DNA from: Terriglobia bacterium
Lineage (GTDB): Bacteria > Acidobacteriota > Terriglobia > UBA7540 > JAPUME01
Assembly (NCBI GenBank): GCA_965237895.1
Contig: CBDEGR010000001.1
Location: 476,287 to 540,286 of the forward strand
Direction of reading: 5' to 3'
Length of the DNA: 64,000 nt
Below, in pieces: positions 35,559-47,397 of the stretch. Under the pieces are notes generated by a model, which did no database searches, had not been told where the DNA came from, and saw only the letters and a list, made by a program, of their open reading frames with translations. How positions within the stretch are numbered: the first letter of the stretch is position 1; every line of letters starts with the position of its first letter. The position numbers and the translations under genes were made by a program.

Positions 35559-35906
35559 CTCCTTCTGAGTGGCCGGAGAGAGTTCGGACTCGCCACCCCT
35601 CCTCCCATGGGAAAACTTCCCGAGCTGCTTATGTACCGGAAGGTATGGATGGTATCACCAAGGGCGGGGAAAAAGCCAATCCTAAAATATGTTGAATGCC
35701 CCGGCGGAGACGGCTCGGAAACCAATCAACCCCAATTTTCTTCCGTTTCTTTATTTCCCCACCTGCCGGCCTTTCGATCCTCTCATTTTCGCGGACTTTT
35801 TCGTTTTCGTAGCTGCGAGGGGAGGGCGGTGCGGGGCGGTTGGTTTCTTGAGTTTAAGGATCCTGAACACCAGGAATACGCATTACTGGAAAGCCAGCAT
35901 TCCAGC

Positions 35907-35934
35907 TTGACAGCTTTCCGGAATACCGTAGTCT
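35907..35934 (+). promoter_or_regulatory. Candidate promoter producing a leaderless RHH mRNA
   Basis: TTGACA (35907-35912), a 16-nt spacer, then TAGTCT (35929-35934). Only 7 nt separate the -10 box from ATG 35942, and there is no SD. Confidence 0.35.
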
Positions 35935-35941
35935 TACGCTC

Positions 35942-36139
35942 ATGGCAAAGTCGGAGAGGAAGTCGGAAAAATTGAAACCGAAAGTCAAGACCACATTGAC
36001 GCTTCCCCGGGGAACGGTGGCGGTTCTCGAACGGATTCGCGCCAAAATGCTTCAGCAGGGAGCGATGCGGAGCGAAAGCGGGCCCAGTGTGTTGGTCGAA
36101 GAAGCCATCCGGTTGTTGCGTGCTCAGGAGGGATTGTAA
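35942..36139 (+). CDS. Ribbon-helix-helix (CopG-like) small DNA-binding protein
   Basis: Lys-rich tail, then TTLTLPRGTVAVLERIRAKMLQQG...SVLVEEAIRLL, a strand-helix-helix pattern. The stop lies 3 nt before the next ATG. Confidence 0.55.
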   Translation: MAKSERKSEKLKPKVKTTLTLPRGTVAVLERIRAKMLQQGAMRSESGPSVLVEEAIRLLRAQEGL

Positions 36140-36142
36140 GCG

Positions 36143-37332
36143 ATGGCGATTCCGAGTGTGGTATCGAGGCCCGCAGAGTTTACTGAAAATAATTCCGGCG
36201 CGTGGAGCCGTGTCAAACAATGGATGCGCCGTTACGTGGAAGAGATGTTCGTCGTTACCGTGTTTGTGGGCACGCTGATGATTTTCTTCTTCGCTCCCTA
36301 CAAACTTACCTTTTTAAATTTCTTTTATCTGCCGATGTTTGCCGTGGGGTACTTCGTCGGTTTTCGGAAGGCTCTGACGGGAAGGGTCTTCTGCTTTCTG
36401 TTGGTGTGCCTCTCTGCCCTGTTTCAACCCGAAGCCTTCACCACCGCGGGCGGCGGGCGGCAAGACGCACTTTTCAACATTACCAGTTGGGGGATTTTTT
36501 TGGTTCTGGCCGGGGCGTTTTCCGCTCTCTTCCAAGAGAGACTCCACAAACAATATCGGCGAATCTCCCGCTTGAACCCGGAATTGAGCCGGGAACGGGA
36601 ATTTTTGGCCGTTTCCCATCGCAAACTGACGCATCAGAGCGATCAACGCTATCGGGAATTGGAGCAACTTCGTCATAAGAATCTGGTCATGGAGAGCCAA
36701 AAAGAGAAATTGGAAACCATGCTGCGCACGACGATGGACCCCGGTGTGGCGCAAAAGATGATACGCGGGGATATCAGTTTTGAGAAACGGGAAGTTTCCG
36801 TTCTATTCTTGGATCTAAAGGAGTTTTCCGCTCAGACGACGCAGTTTGAAACCATCCCCGCCAATTGAACGACCTGTACGCGACCATGGAGCCGATCGTC
36901 GATCGTTTTCAGGGCCACCTGGATAAGTATACTGGGGACGTCATGATGTGCGAGTTCGGGGTTCCCCACCATCAGGACCACCACGCGCTGCGGGCGGCGC
37001 TTTCAGCCTACTTCATGCTGCGGGCCGCCGAGCGGAAAATTTTTTCCTGGAAGATTCGCCTCGGCGTGGTGACCGGGTTCGGCTATCCCCACGGAAAGAC
37101 TGGGGACCAGATTCCCCTGGGGGCTCGCATCGCCGCCGTGGCCGACGGGTACAGCGCCTTGACGCGCTGGCGGCCTCATCGGGCGCCCGGCAACCGTGAC
37201 GCAGCGCTCGGCACCCTCCACCAAGCTGCCGGCGCCGGCCGCTACGACCCGCGAGTGGTTCAGGCTTTAGGGGTTCTTCTGGCAGGGAAAGAAAACGGAG
37301 GGTCTTCGGCGCAAATTGCCGGCGGCGCGTGA
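36143..37332 (+). pseudogene. Membrane signalling protein: TM region + coiled coil + partial class III cyclase fused to an HD-GYP C-terminal fragment; frameshifted
   Basis: Four TM segments. The cyclase starts at EVSVLFLDLKEFSAQ and the frame breaks at 36856-36868 (...ETIPAN* / LNDLYATMEPIVDRFQGHLDKYTGDVMMCEFGVP). After KIRLGVVTG the sequence switches to GFGYPHGKTGDQIPLGARIAAVADGYSALTRWRPHR...GRYDPRVVQAL, an HD-GYP tail with no HD motif. Confidence 0.6.
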
Positions 37333-37514
37333 GATCTCCCTGATGGGGGCGCCGTAACCATACCCCTCCATGGTGGCTGAGAGATCGGTCCGCCTCTTTT
37401 CCACAAAATCGTAAGCCCATTGGGGATTTCGCTCGAGGAGTTCGAGAAGCTCCGGTAGCGGGAGAGAAATCCGAAACAGACGGGCACCCGGCCTTTTTTG
37501 GGTACCTGAGCTCG

Positions 37515-39575
37515 TTATCCTAGTGCGATCAGCGGGGCGATGACTAGAGAGACCACCGCCATCAGCTTGATGAGGATGTTCATCGAAGGTCCGGCGGTAT
37601 CTTTGAAGGGGTCGCCGACGGTATCGCCGACGACGGTGGCTTTGTGAGCCTCAGTCCCTTTTTCTTCCCCCTCCAACTCACCTTTTTCTACCAGTTTCTT
37701 GGCGTTGTCCCAGGCCCCGCCGGCGTTGGCCATCATGAGGGCCAGCAGTACACCTGCCGCGGTAGCTCCAGCCAGCATTCCTCCCAGCGCCTCCGGTCCC
37801 AGCAGGAAACCCATCACAACGGGGGCAAAAATCGCCGTTAAACCGGGAAGAACCATCTCACCGAGCGCGGCCCGTGTGGCAATGTCCACGCAGCGAGCGG
37901 TGTCTGGTTTGGCGTTGGGGTCGCCCTCGAGCAGGCCCGGGATTTCGCGAAACTGCCGCCGGATCTCTTCCACCATTTTTCCTGCGGCGCGTCCCACGCT
38001 GGTCATCGTCATGGCGGCAATCAGGAAAGGAAGGACGCCTCCGGCGAAAAGTCCGATCACCACAATGGCCTGAGTAATGTCGATCGTAATGGGGTCCAGC
38101 CCGCCGGCAACGCGAACTTGGTCGACGGCCTGCGTGTAGGCCGAAAAAAGTGCCAACGCCGTCAGTGCCGCCGAACCGATGGCAAACCCTTTCCCGATGG
38201 CCGCCGTAGTGTTTCCCAGTGAGTCAAGCTTATCGGTGATCTTGCGGACTTCGGGTCCCAGGCCGCTCATCTCCGAAATTCCCCCGGCGTTATCGGCAAT
38301 CGGCCCGTAGGCGTCGACGCTCATGGTAATGCCGACGGTGGCCAGCATTCCCACCGCTGCCATGCCGATTCCGTAAAGTCCTGCGGTCAGGTTTGAAATA
38401 TAGATGGCGATGCAAATGGTCAAAACCGGCAGGGCGGAACTCTGGAAGCCGAGGGCGAGGCCGTGAATGATATTCGTCGCCGCGCCGGTCTTGGAAGCTT
38501 CCGCCACACGGCGCACCGGCGGGCCGGAAGTATAGTAATCGGTCACCAAGCCGATCACCACACCGCTGACGGTTCCGGCCAGTGCGGCCCAGAAGACGTT
38601 CAAGCTGACGCCGAAACCAGAAACCAAGAAGAATGTCGCTGTGAGAAAGAGCAGGGCAGAGAAGATGGAAGAGCTCTGCAGGGCGGCAGCCGGACCGACT
38701 CGGTTCAGCAGACGCATGGCGGCAACGCCGATGACCGATGCGGCCAATCCGAGAATGGCGAAGACCAAAGGAAGCGCCATCAAGGTAAGCCGGGGATCGC
38801 CGGCAGCGGCACTGCTCTCGGTAAGCCGCTCCAGGACGCTGGGGGCGAGTGTGGCGGCGATGGCAATCGTTGCAATGATGGAGCCGACGTAGGATTCAAA
38901 AATGTCGGCGCCCATTCCGGCCACGTCGCCCACGTTGTCGCCTACGTTGTCGGCGATGACGCCGGGATTGCGGGGGTCGTCCTCAGGAATCCCGGCTTCG
39001 ACTTTCCCGACCAAGTCGCTGCCGATGTCGGCCGCCTTTGTATAGATACCACCGCCGACGCGCGAGAACAGCGCGATGGAGCTTGCCCCCATGGCAAAGC
39101 CGCTCAGGTTGTGGACCGTTTCGGGGTCTCCGAATCGTTGAAAGAAGAAACCCACGCCCAGCAGACCCAAGCTGGCAACAGCCAATCCCATTACCGTGCC
39201 GCCGTCGAAGGCCACCAGCAGGGCCGCCGCTTCGCCTTTCTGTTGGGCGGCATAGGCCGTGCGAGTGTTGGCTTTGGTTGCCGCCTTCATGCCGAAGAAC
39301 CCGGCCAGCGTCGAGCAGAACGCCCCGCTGACGAAACAGAGCGCCGTTTCGGGCGATAGTTTCCACCCGAGCAGGGCCGCAACAAAAAGAACGAAAAGGC
39401 CTAGAATTGCGTATTCACGCCGGAGGAATGCCATCGCTCCGGCTTGGATGAGATTCCCAATCTCCTGCATCTTTGCAGTGCCGGGAGCCTGCTTGGTGAG
39501 GATCACATAGATTAGAAAGGCGATCCCCAGGCCGATCAGGCCGCTATAAGGTGTAAATGAGACAAGACTCTCCAT
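37515..39575 (-). CDS. hppA: Membrane-bound proton/sodium-translocating pyrophosphatase
   Basis: 686 aa, polytopic, with family motifs [56 protein letters not shown]. Confidence 0.95.
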   Translation of the reverse strand: MESLVSFTPYSGLIGLGIAFLIYVILTKQAPGTAKMQEIGNLIQAGAMAFLRREYAILGLFVLFVAALLGWKLSPETALCFVSGAFCSTLAGFFGMKAATKANTRTAYAAQQKGEAAALLVAFDGGTVMGLAVASLGLLGVGFFFQRFGDPETVHNLSGFAMGASSIALFSRVGGGIYTKAADIGSDLVGKVEAGIPEDDPRNPGVIADNVGDNVGDVAGMGADIFESYVGSIIATIAIAATLAPSVLERLTESSAAAGDPRLTLMALPLVFAILGLAASVIGVAAMRLLNRVGPAAALQSSSIFSALLFLTATFFLVSGFGVSLNVFWAALAGTVSGVVIGLVTDYYTSGPPVRRVAEASKTGAATNIIHGLALGFQSSALPVLTICIAIYISNLTAGLYGIGMAAVGMLATVGITMSVDAYGPIADNAGGISEMSGLGPEVRKITDKLDSLGNTTAAIGKGFAIGSAALTALALFSAYTQAVDQVRVAGGLDPITIDITQAIVVIGLFAGGVLPFLIAAMTMTSVGRAAGKMVEEIRRQFREIPGLLEGDPNAKPDTARCVDIATRAALGEMVLPGLTAIFAPVVMGFLLGPEALGGMLAGATAAGVLLALMMANAGGAWDNAKKLVEKGELEGEEKGTEAHKATVVGDTVGDPFKDTAGPSMNILIKLMAVVSLVIAPLIALG

Positions 39576-39898
39576 AATTTTCGATTAGTCCCCTAATTTG
39601 TCTTTTCTTGTTCGAATGATTCCCAACTTAGAAAGAGCATACCTTAACGAAAAATGTGGGGTAAAACGAGCCGATACGGTATCGGTTTGACGAAATCTCC
39701 AAGAAAACGGTTCCTTGAAAATAGAACCGAAGGGCGAACCTCATGGAAATCCCGCCCTGGGGCCGATGCAGGTCCCGTTTTTCATGCTGATTCGGGGTTC
39801 TGGCGCATGCGGCAATGAACCAAAGAGTATAACGTGACCGGGGTCCAATATGCCAGCCTTTGTATTCGTTAGATTAGTGACCCAAGGGGACCTAGGGG

Positions 39899-41175
39899 TT
39901 GAGTCCCGCCGGGGACGCTCCGGTGTTTTCTACCTACTTGGGGGGCTCCGTCTTCGAGAAGGCATTTGGGATCGCCGTGGATTCCGCCGGGAACATCTAC
40001 GTGGCGGGACACGCTCTTTCCGAAGACTTTCCCACGACGCCGGGCGTGTTCCAGCCCGATTTTCTCGGAGGGGGCCCAGGCAGATTCGAGAGCGACGGCT
40101 TTGTAGCGAAGTTGGACCCTTCCGTCTGTTGCGATGCCTCGCTCGTCTATTCCACTTTCCTGGGCGGGACCGAACAGGATACCCCTCTTGGCCTTGCTCT
40201 TGACGCTTTGGGCAACGCCTACGTGACCGGTATTACCAATTCGAGTGACTTTCCCACGACCGCAGGGGCCTTCCAGACCGTTTTCCGCGGCGGCTTCTCC
40301 GACGTCTTCATCACCGAAATCGTCCCTGCCGCTCTTAGGCTGGAGCCCGCCAGCTTGACCTTTGCTGACCGGGCCGTCGGCACTACCAGCGATCCGCAGA
40401 CTGTCAGCGTGACAAACGTCACAGGGGGAGCGGTGATTATCGAAACCATTCTGGCCAGCGGCGACTTCGCCGCGACCGAGGATTGCGGCACCTCCGTGGC
40501 GGCTGGCGCGAGCTGTACCATCAGTGTCACCTTTACGCCCACGGGGACGGGCGCCCGGACCGGCGAGGTAACCATCACCTCCAATGCCCCAGAGAGCCCG
40601 CACACGATTGCTCTTTCGGGGACCGGGCCGAATTTTCGATGTCTGCTTCGCCAACGACAGCCACGGTGTCGGCAGGGCAGTCGGCAACCTATATGCTGAC
40701 CGTTTCGCCACTCGGAGAGTTTACTGGGGACGCATCGATGAGTTTTAGCGGTGCACCCCTTAGGGCCACTTGCTCGATTGCGCCTACGACGGTGAACCTT
40801 GACGGAACGAATGACGCGACGGCGACCGTGACCGTCACCACCACGGCGGCCTCGATGCTCGGGCCGCCGCCCGGTCCACCCTGGTTGCCGTGGGTACCGG
40901 CATTGGGGCTGTTGGCAATGCTGGGCCTGCTTGCCACGCTAAAGACGCGGAACCTGAAGGGCGGGTTCCGCGCTACCCGTCCCGTGGCGGCCGTCATGCG
41001 GATGGCCACAACGGGTTTGGCGACGTTGGTGCTCTTTGCCGGACTCTTGGCCTCCTGCGGCGGGGGAGGTGGCGGCGGCACTCCCGGAACACCGGCGGGC
41101 ACGTTCACGCTGACGGTTACGGCTACCTCCGGCGAGGTGATTCGCACCATCGACCTGACGCTGACGGTGAACTAG
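39899..41175 (+). pseudogene. Surface protein remnant: SBBP beta-propeller repeats + choice-of-anchor-D-like Ig domains; N-terminally truncated and frameshifted
   Basis: There is no signal peptide and stops lie just upstream of 39899. Repeats: NIYVAGHALSEDFPTTPGVFQP and NAYVTGITNSSDFPTTAGAFQT. LEPASLTFADRAVGTTSDPQTVSVTN...GEVTITSNAPESPHTIALSGTG follows. The frame then changes at the T4 run 40633-40636 to FSMSASPTTATVSAGQSATY...TFTLTVTATSGEVIRTIDLTLTVN. Confidence 0.6.
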
Positions 41176-41263
41176 GATAAAACCAACGAAATAGGCCTGA
41201 CGGGGCGGGCCCTCCCAAGGAAGGAAAGGGCTTTTCCCGGCAGTCCTTTATGTGCCTTCTGCT

Positions 41264-42739
41264 CTATTTCAGCTTTGAGAACAATTGGGAGGGAAGGCCT
41301 AACTTCGGCCACAGGGTGTCGATGCGGGCTTTCGTTTCCGGGTCCATTTTGATCTCATCCGGCCAGGGGCGGGTGAAGCCTTCGGCGGGAGTCTTGGTGG
41401 TGGCGTCGATACCCATCTTCGATCCGTAGCAGGGAAGGCGTGAGGAGTGGTCAAGTTGGTCGATAGGACCTTTGGTGAACTGGATGTCGCGCTCCGGGTC
41501 GATGTGATTTAAGGTTTTCCAGGCCACTTCGCGCAGGTCATGGACGTCGACGTCATGGTCCACCACCAGGATGCACTTTGAAAACATGGCCTGCGGCAGG
41601 CCCCAGATGGCGTTCATCACCTTGCGCGCGTGGCCGGGGTAGCTCTTTCTTAAGGCGATAATCATCAGGTTGTGAAAGATGCCTTCGGCCGGCATGTGCA
41701 TATCGACGATCTCCGGCAACTGCTTTCGCATCAACGGAAGGAAGATGCGCTCGATGGCGAAGCCCATGTGGTAGTCCTCCATAGGCGGGGCGCCGACGAT
41801 GGTAGTCGCATAAACGGGGTTCTTCCGGTGCGTGATGCAGGTGATATGGAAGGCGGGGAATTCATCTTCCAGCGAGTAGTATCCGGTGTGGTCGCCGAAG
41901 GGTCCTTCCGTCCGTAGGTCGTCCAGATCCACGTAGCCTTCCAGAACAATCTCCGCCTCTGCGGGCACCTCCAGGTCCACGGTTTCGCACTTCACCAGCT
42001 CCACCGGCTGGCGACGGAGGAATCCGGCAAGGAGAAATTCGTCAAGGTCTTCGGGCAGCGGCAGAACACCCGAGAACATCGTCACCGGGTCGGCGCCGAT
42101 GGCGACGGCCACTTCCATTCGGCGTCCCTTGCCCTGTCGCTCGAGCCAGCGGAGGTGCTCGGCGCCGTGCTTGTGAAGTTGCCAGTGCATGGCCGTGGTG
42201 CGTTCGTTGTAAACCTGCATTCGGTAGACGCCTACGTTGCGCTTGCCGGTCTTGGGACTTCGCGTGATGACCGTGGGAAAGGTGATGAACCTGCCTCCGT
42301 CTTGCGGCCAGCATTGCAGGATGGGGAATTTCGCCAGGGAAGGTGCGTCGCGCTCAATCACCTCTTTGCAGGGGCCGGTGCGAACCGTCCGGGGAAGAAA
42401 GGAAGCCAATTCGCCCAGCTTGGGGAGCATCTTCACCTTGTCCAAAAGGCCCGTGGGCGCTTTCATGTCGAGCAATTCATCCAGGCGCTGGGCGATGCTG
42501 TCGGGCGAGTCGGTCTCCAGAGCCATGTTCATGCGGTTGGGAGAACCCAGCAGGTTGATGGCGACCGGGATTTTGTACCCTTTGGGCCGCTCGAACAGCA
42601 GCGCCGGGCCGATTTGCTTCGAAACGCGGTCGGTAATCTCCGTGATTTCCAGGTCCACGTCGACTTCCGCCGAGATTCGTTGGAGTTCTCCGGATTTTTC
42701 AAGCCTCCTTATAAAGTCACGCAGGTTTTTGTAAGCCAT
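41264..42739 (-). CDS. ubiD: UbiD-family (prenylated-FMN) decarboxylase
   Basis: MAYKNLRDFIRRLEKSGELQRISAEVDVDLEITEITDRV...GPALLFERPKGY... is a typical UbiD N-terminus. 491 aa. Confidence 0.85.
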   Translation of the reverse strand: MAYKNLRDFIRRLEKSGELQRISAEVDVDLEITEITDRVSKQIGPALLFERPKGYKIPVAINLLGSPNRMNMALETDSPDSIAQRLDELLDMKAPTGLLDKVKMLPKLGELASFLPRTVRTGPCKEVIERDAPSLAKFPILQCWPQDGGRFITFPTVITRSPKTGKRNVGVYRMQVYNERTTAMHWQLHKHGAEHLRWLERQGKGRRMEVAVAIGADPVTMFSGVLPLPEDLDEFLLAGFLRRQPVELVKCETVDLEVPAEAEIVLEGYVDLDDLRTEGPFGDHTGYYSLEDEFPAFHITCITHRKNPVYATTIVGAPPMEDYHMGFAIERIFLPLMRKQLPEIVDMHMPAEGIFHNLMIIALRKSYPGHARKVMNAIWGLPQAMFSKCILVVDHDVDVHDLREVAWKTLNHIDPERDIQFTKGPIDQLDHSSRLPCYGSKMGIDATTKTPAEGFTRPWPDEIKMDPETKARIDTLWPKLGLPSQLFSKLK

Positions 42740-43040
42740 GAGTCCACCCAGAGTTCCTTTCTTGATGAAGAGGCAGGATGCCAGAAGAGAAGAGGTAAGT
42801 CAAAGGCAGTAAGGAATAATGGCATAATCTTCCGGTCGGCAGGGAATGCCCTTGACTTGCTTCCCAGGATTGAATGAAATTTTAAAATTTTGAGGTAACC
42901 AGAGCTGCGTTGAGTTCCCGGAAAGGGACGATATGTTAGGGTTCCTTGACCTAGGCCCACAATCCGTGGTGGTATTTCCAGGATTCCATAAGATTTACAA
43001 AGATACCGACCGAATTCCAGAAAACTTAGCGCAATTTAAG

Positions 43041-43069
43041 TTGACAATGGGAGGACCCAAGTCTATAAA
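43041..43069 (+). promoter_or_regulatory. Near-consensus sigma-70-type promoter in an AT-rich spacer
   Basis: TTGACA (43041-43046), a 17-nt spacer, then TATAAA (43064-43069), about 95 nt upstream of the secretin stub. Confidence 0.4.
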
Positions 43070-43162
43070 ACGGACATACCCCAGTTTATCGGGGTGATTG
43101 GCGGAAGACGAGATAAGCGGTAAGACGTTAATTAGAGAATTTTAAACAATTTAGACGGCGCG

Positions 43163-43399
43163 TTGGGGTCGGCAACGCCGGCGATCGACACGCAGCAGGC
43201 TTCCACCAGAATTTTAGTCCCCGACGGAAGCACCTTGGTCTTCGGCGGCGTCACCGTGCAGACGCAGACAAAGTCGCAGGCGAAGGTTCCGTTCTTCGGC
43301 GATATTCCGTTGCTCGGTTACCTGTTTAGAAGTAGTGTGGTCACCGATAACGACAAAGAATTCATCTTCCTGATCACGCCGAGGGTGTTGTCGGGGTAG
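43163..43399 (+). pseudogene. 3' stub of a secretin gene (PilQ/GspD family)
   Basis: Only the last ~78 codons remain: ...STRILVPDGSTLVFGGV...SQAKVPFFGDIPLLGYLFRSSVVTDNDKEFIFLITPRVL, the conserved secretin C-terminus. No secretin body lies upstream. Confidence 0.6.
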
Positions 43400-43483
43400 A
43401 GCGAAGGACCCGATGCGGTTTTGCTCGTTTCGAATTTCTCCCCCCAGCTTGGGTTCAAGGATTGAGTTCACCGGGTCAAACAA

Positions 43484-43513
43484 AAAGGAGGCCGCCGGGC
43501 CTCCTTTCTTTTT
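43484..43513 (+). terminator. Rho-independent terminator after the secretin stub
   Basis: Stem aaaggaggcc / ggcctccttt (43484-43493 / 43498-43507), loop gccg, followed by cTTTTT. Confidence 0.8.
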
Positions 43514-43531
43514 CGTGAGGTTTTAGGAGAT

Positions 43532-44701
43532 TTGGCACAGAAAGAGAAAGACCGGAAGGCATCCCAGAGGCCAAAGCCCAGGGCGCCTCGCTTGCCGAAG
43601 CGCCTGCTGAACCTTACCGATTCGGTTGTCGTGCAACGGCAAGCGCGGCTGTTGGAGGAGATGGAGGTCCGAGGCGTCGAAGGTCTGATCGTTTCGCACC
43701 TCCACAACATCTTTTACCTGACGGGGTTTTTCGGGAGTGCCGGGCTGGCTTTTTTTTCCGCGCGCAGCAGAATCTTGTGGGTGGACGGCCGCTACGGGAT
43801 TCAGGCTCGGGAGCAGGCGAAGGGAGTCCGAGTGGTGGTGGCTCCGGGCAATCCGTTTGCCGCTCTTGTGCAGCGCTTGAATGGGAACCGGCGGGTGAGA
43901 ATCGGATTCGAGAGTGACCGTTTCAGTCACGCCCAGTACCTGCATCTGCGCCGAAATGTGAAGAATTTTACGCAACTGATTCCTGTGGTCGGTATTGTCG
44001 AGAAGTTGCGCCAGATCAAAGATAAGTGGGAAGTGGACGCCATTCGTCGGGCTTGCTGGCTTACGGTAAAAATTTTCGAGGAAATTCGGGACGTGATTCA
44101 TCCCGGAATACGGGAAAAAGATCTGGCGGCGGAAATCGACTTTCGTCTCCGAAGCGAGGGATCTGAGGGGACGGCATTTGAAACGATTGTTGTTTCCGGA
44201 CCCCGCACGGCGCTCCCGCACGGGCTTCCTTCGGAGAAGCGAATTCGGAAAAAGGACCTGGTACTGATCGACCTGGGTGCTATACTGAACCACTATTGTG
44301 CCGATTTGACCCGAACCTTGTTTCTCGGAAAGCCTGATTCCGAGACCTGCCGGATTTATGAGCAGGTCCGAGATGCCCAACAACGGGCGGTGGAATCCGT
44401 CCTTCCGGGCGCCCGAGGCGAGCAGGTGGACCACGCTGCCCGCGCTGTTTTGAAGCGCGGAAAATTGGACCGTTGCTTTACTCACAGTACGGGGCACGGC
44501 GTGGGATTGGAGATTCACGAAGCGCCTCGGTTGGCGCGAAACGCCAAAGCCTGCCTCTGCCCCGGCTCGGTGGTTACCGTGGAGCCGGGTGTGTATCGTG
44601 ACGGCTGGGGGGGCATCCGAATCGAAGATACGGTCCTGGTCGGTACCAAGGGGCCGGAAATTCTGACACCGGCGGACAAAGGCAATTGGGTGATTGGCTG
44701 A
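43532..44701 (+). CDS. M24-family Xaa-Pro aminopeptidase/dipeptidase
   Basis: ...[15 protein letters not shown]...[11 protein letters not shown]...[10 protein letters not shown] are M24B motifs. The exact start is uncertain: the track uses a TTG very close to the SD. Confidence 0.85.
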   Translation: MAQKEKDRKASQRPKPRAPRLPKRLLNLTDSVVVQRQARLLEEMEVRGVEGLIVSHLHNIFYLTGFFGSAGLAFFSARSRILWVDGRYGIQAREQAKGVRVVVAPGNPFAALVQRLNGNRRVRIGFESDRFSHAQYLHLRRNVKNFTQLIPVVGIVEKLRQIKDKWEVDAIRRACWLTVKIFEEIRDVIHPGIREKDLAAEIDFRLRSEGSEGTAFETIVVSGPRTALPHGLPSEKRIRKKDLVLIDLGAILNHYCADLTRTLFLGKPDSETCRIYEQVRDAQQRAVESVLPGARGEQVDHAARAVLKRGKLDRCFTHSTGHGVGLEIHEAPRLARNAKACLCPGSVVTVEPGVYRDGWGGIRIEDTVLVGTKGPEILTPADKGNWVIG

Positions 44702-44714
44702 GGTGGCGAATGAC

Positions 44715-45209
44715 ATGGACGAGTGGAAGATGAACTCGAAGGAAATGAAAGAGCTGAAGGAACTGCTGGACCTGTTGAAAGAGCGCGGCGTCAGCGAGTT
44801 CGAGTTGGAGCGTGGAAAGCAGAAAATTCGCATTAAGCGCGAGCCGGCGTCCCGCGCCGCTGCGGTCCCAAACATTCCGGCCGTCGCTCCTGCGCCGGGT
44901 GCGGCCCCTCCCGCTGAAGCCGCACCGCCGGAGCCTGCGGCGGAGCCTTCGAGCGGTGAGGTCTTTATTGTGAAATCTCCCATGGTCGGTACCTTCTACC
45001 GGGCGCCGAATCCGAATGCGCCTCCGTTTGCGGCGGAAGGCGACGTGGTGGAGGTCGGCCAAGTGCTCTGTATTGTGGAGGCCATGAAGCTGATGAATGA
45101 AATCGAATCGGAAGTGGCCGGAGAGGTGATTCGGGTCTACGTCGAAAACGGAAAACCCGTCGAGTACAATCAGTCTCTGTTCGCCGTCAAACGGTCGCAT
45201 AAGAAGTAG
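44715..45209 (+). CDS. accB: Acetyl-CoA carboxylase biotin carboxyl carrier protein
   Basis: Ala/Pro-rich linker, then [10 protein letters not shown]...[15 protein letters not shown] (biotinyl-Lys motif). The start could be 44715 or 44730. Confidence 0.9.
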   Translation: MDEWKMNSKEMKELKELLDLLKERGVSEFELERGKQKIRIKREPASRAAAVPNIPAVAPAPGAAPPAEAAPPEPAAEPSSGEVFIVKSPMVGTFYRAPNPNAPPFAAEGDVVEVGQVLCIVEAMKLMNEIESEVAGEVIRVYVENGKPVEYNQSLFAVKRSHKK

Positions 45210-45262
45210 GTTCGAAGCGGGGAAGAGAATCTTTCCCGAATTACATTTTTAGAGTATGAGGC

Positions 45263-45285
45263 GTCGGCCTTTCCCAAAGGCCGGC
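45263..45285 (+). other. Intercistronic stem-loop between accB and accC
   Basis: gtcggccttt-ccc-aaaggccggc has 9 of 10 complementary positions and no U tract. It may act in mRNA processing or stability. Confidence 0.3.
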
Positions 45286-45296
45286 AGGGTTGAATC

Positions 45297-46661
<1,365 letters not shown>

Positions 46662-46702
46662 GTCCGCAGAGCTCTCTTTTTTTGGAGGCTGGAGTCAAAA
46701 GC

Positions 46703-46734
46703 CCCCGTGAATCGATAGCCCCGTGAATCGATAG
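46703..46734. repeat. Perfect 16-bp tandem duplication (ccccgtgaatcgatag x2)
   Basis: 46703-46718 and 46719-46734 are identical. The repeat ends 3 nt before the thiE ATG. Each unit contains the palindrome atcgat. Confidence 0.95.
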
Positions 46735-46737
46735 CCA

Positions 46738-47397
46738 ATGACCCATCCGACCAAACCCTTCGTCCTGCCCCGCCTCTACGCCATCCTGGACCCTTCGCAA
46801 CTGAAAGATACCTCGGCGTCGGAAGCTGCCCGGCAATTGGTGGAAGCCGGGGTCAAACTGATTCAGTATCGAAACAAGAAGGCCTCTTCCAGGGAGCTTT
46901 ACGAAGGAGCCTTGCGATTGACCCAGGCCGTTTCCAGGTCTCCCTCAAAGGTTGTGGTCATCATTAACGACCGGGCCGATATCGCTCTTCTTACTGGCGC
47001 CGCAGGCGTTCACGTCGGGCAAGACGATCTGCCGGTGGAGTCCGCGCGCGCGGTTGCGGGGGAGGATGCGGTCGTCGGGTTTTCCACCCATACGCTCGAA
47101 CAGGTTGCGGAGGCGGATCGCGGCTCGGCCGACTATATTGCCTATGGGCCGGTCTTTGCGACGGAGACGAAAGTGGTTCCGAACCCGGTGGTGGGCTTGG
47201 AAGGCTTGCGGGAAGCGCGGAAGGTGACTCGAAAACCGTTGGTCGCGATCGGCGGAATTACGCTCGAACGCGCGCCGGAAACCTTTGCCGCCGGAGCGGA
47301 TTCCGTTGCCGTCGTTCGCGATTTGATTGGAAAGGAAAAGATCGGCGAGAGGGCCTGCCGCTATTTGGAGGCGCTCTCGTCGGCCGGTTCGGACTGA
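46738..47397 (+). CDS. thiE: Thiamine-phosphate synthase
   Basis: LYAILD..., IQYRNK, INDRADIAL, GVHVGQDD, GPVFATETK, VAIGGI are ThiE motifs. Confidence 0.85.
   Translation: MTHPTKPFVLPRLYAILDPSQLKDTSASEAARQLVEAGVKLIQYRNKKASSRELYEGALRLTQAVSRSPSKVVVIINDRADIALLTGAAGVHVGQDDLPVESARAVAGEDAVVGFSTHTLEQVAEADRGSADYIAYGPVFATETKVVPNPVVGLEGLREARKVTRKPLVAIGGITLERAPETFAAGADSVAVVRDLIGKEKIGERACRYLEALSSAGSD

Noticed and set aside
34614-35975. A 453-aa plus-strand ORF
   Set aside because: It is antisense to the well-supported DUF1080 gene, has low-complexity composition, and shows no recognisable motifs.
28880-42955. Recurrent motif ttgacctaggc (28881, 42946) and gacctagg (39887)
   Set aside because: Matches of 8-11 nt are expected by chance many times in a 64-kb window. 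There is no shared flanking structure.
43523-44983. A 486-aa minus-strand ORF
   Set aside because: It is antisense to the M24 peptidase and accB. It is Ser/Arg/Ala-rich and looks like a typical GC-rich shadow ORF.
46662-46737. TPP riboswitch upstream of thiE
   Set aside because: There are no CTGAGA / ACCTGATCTGGATAATGCCAGCG-type blocks, and the spacer is too short.
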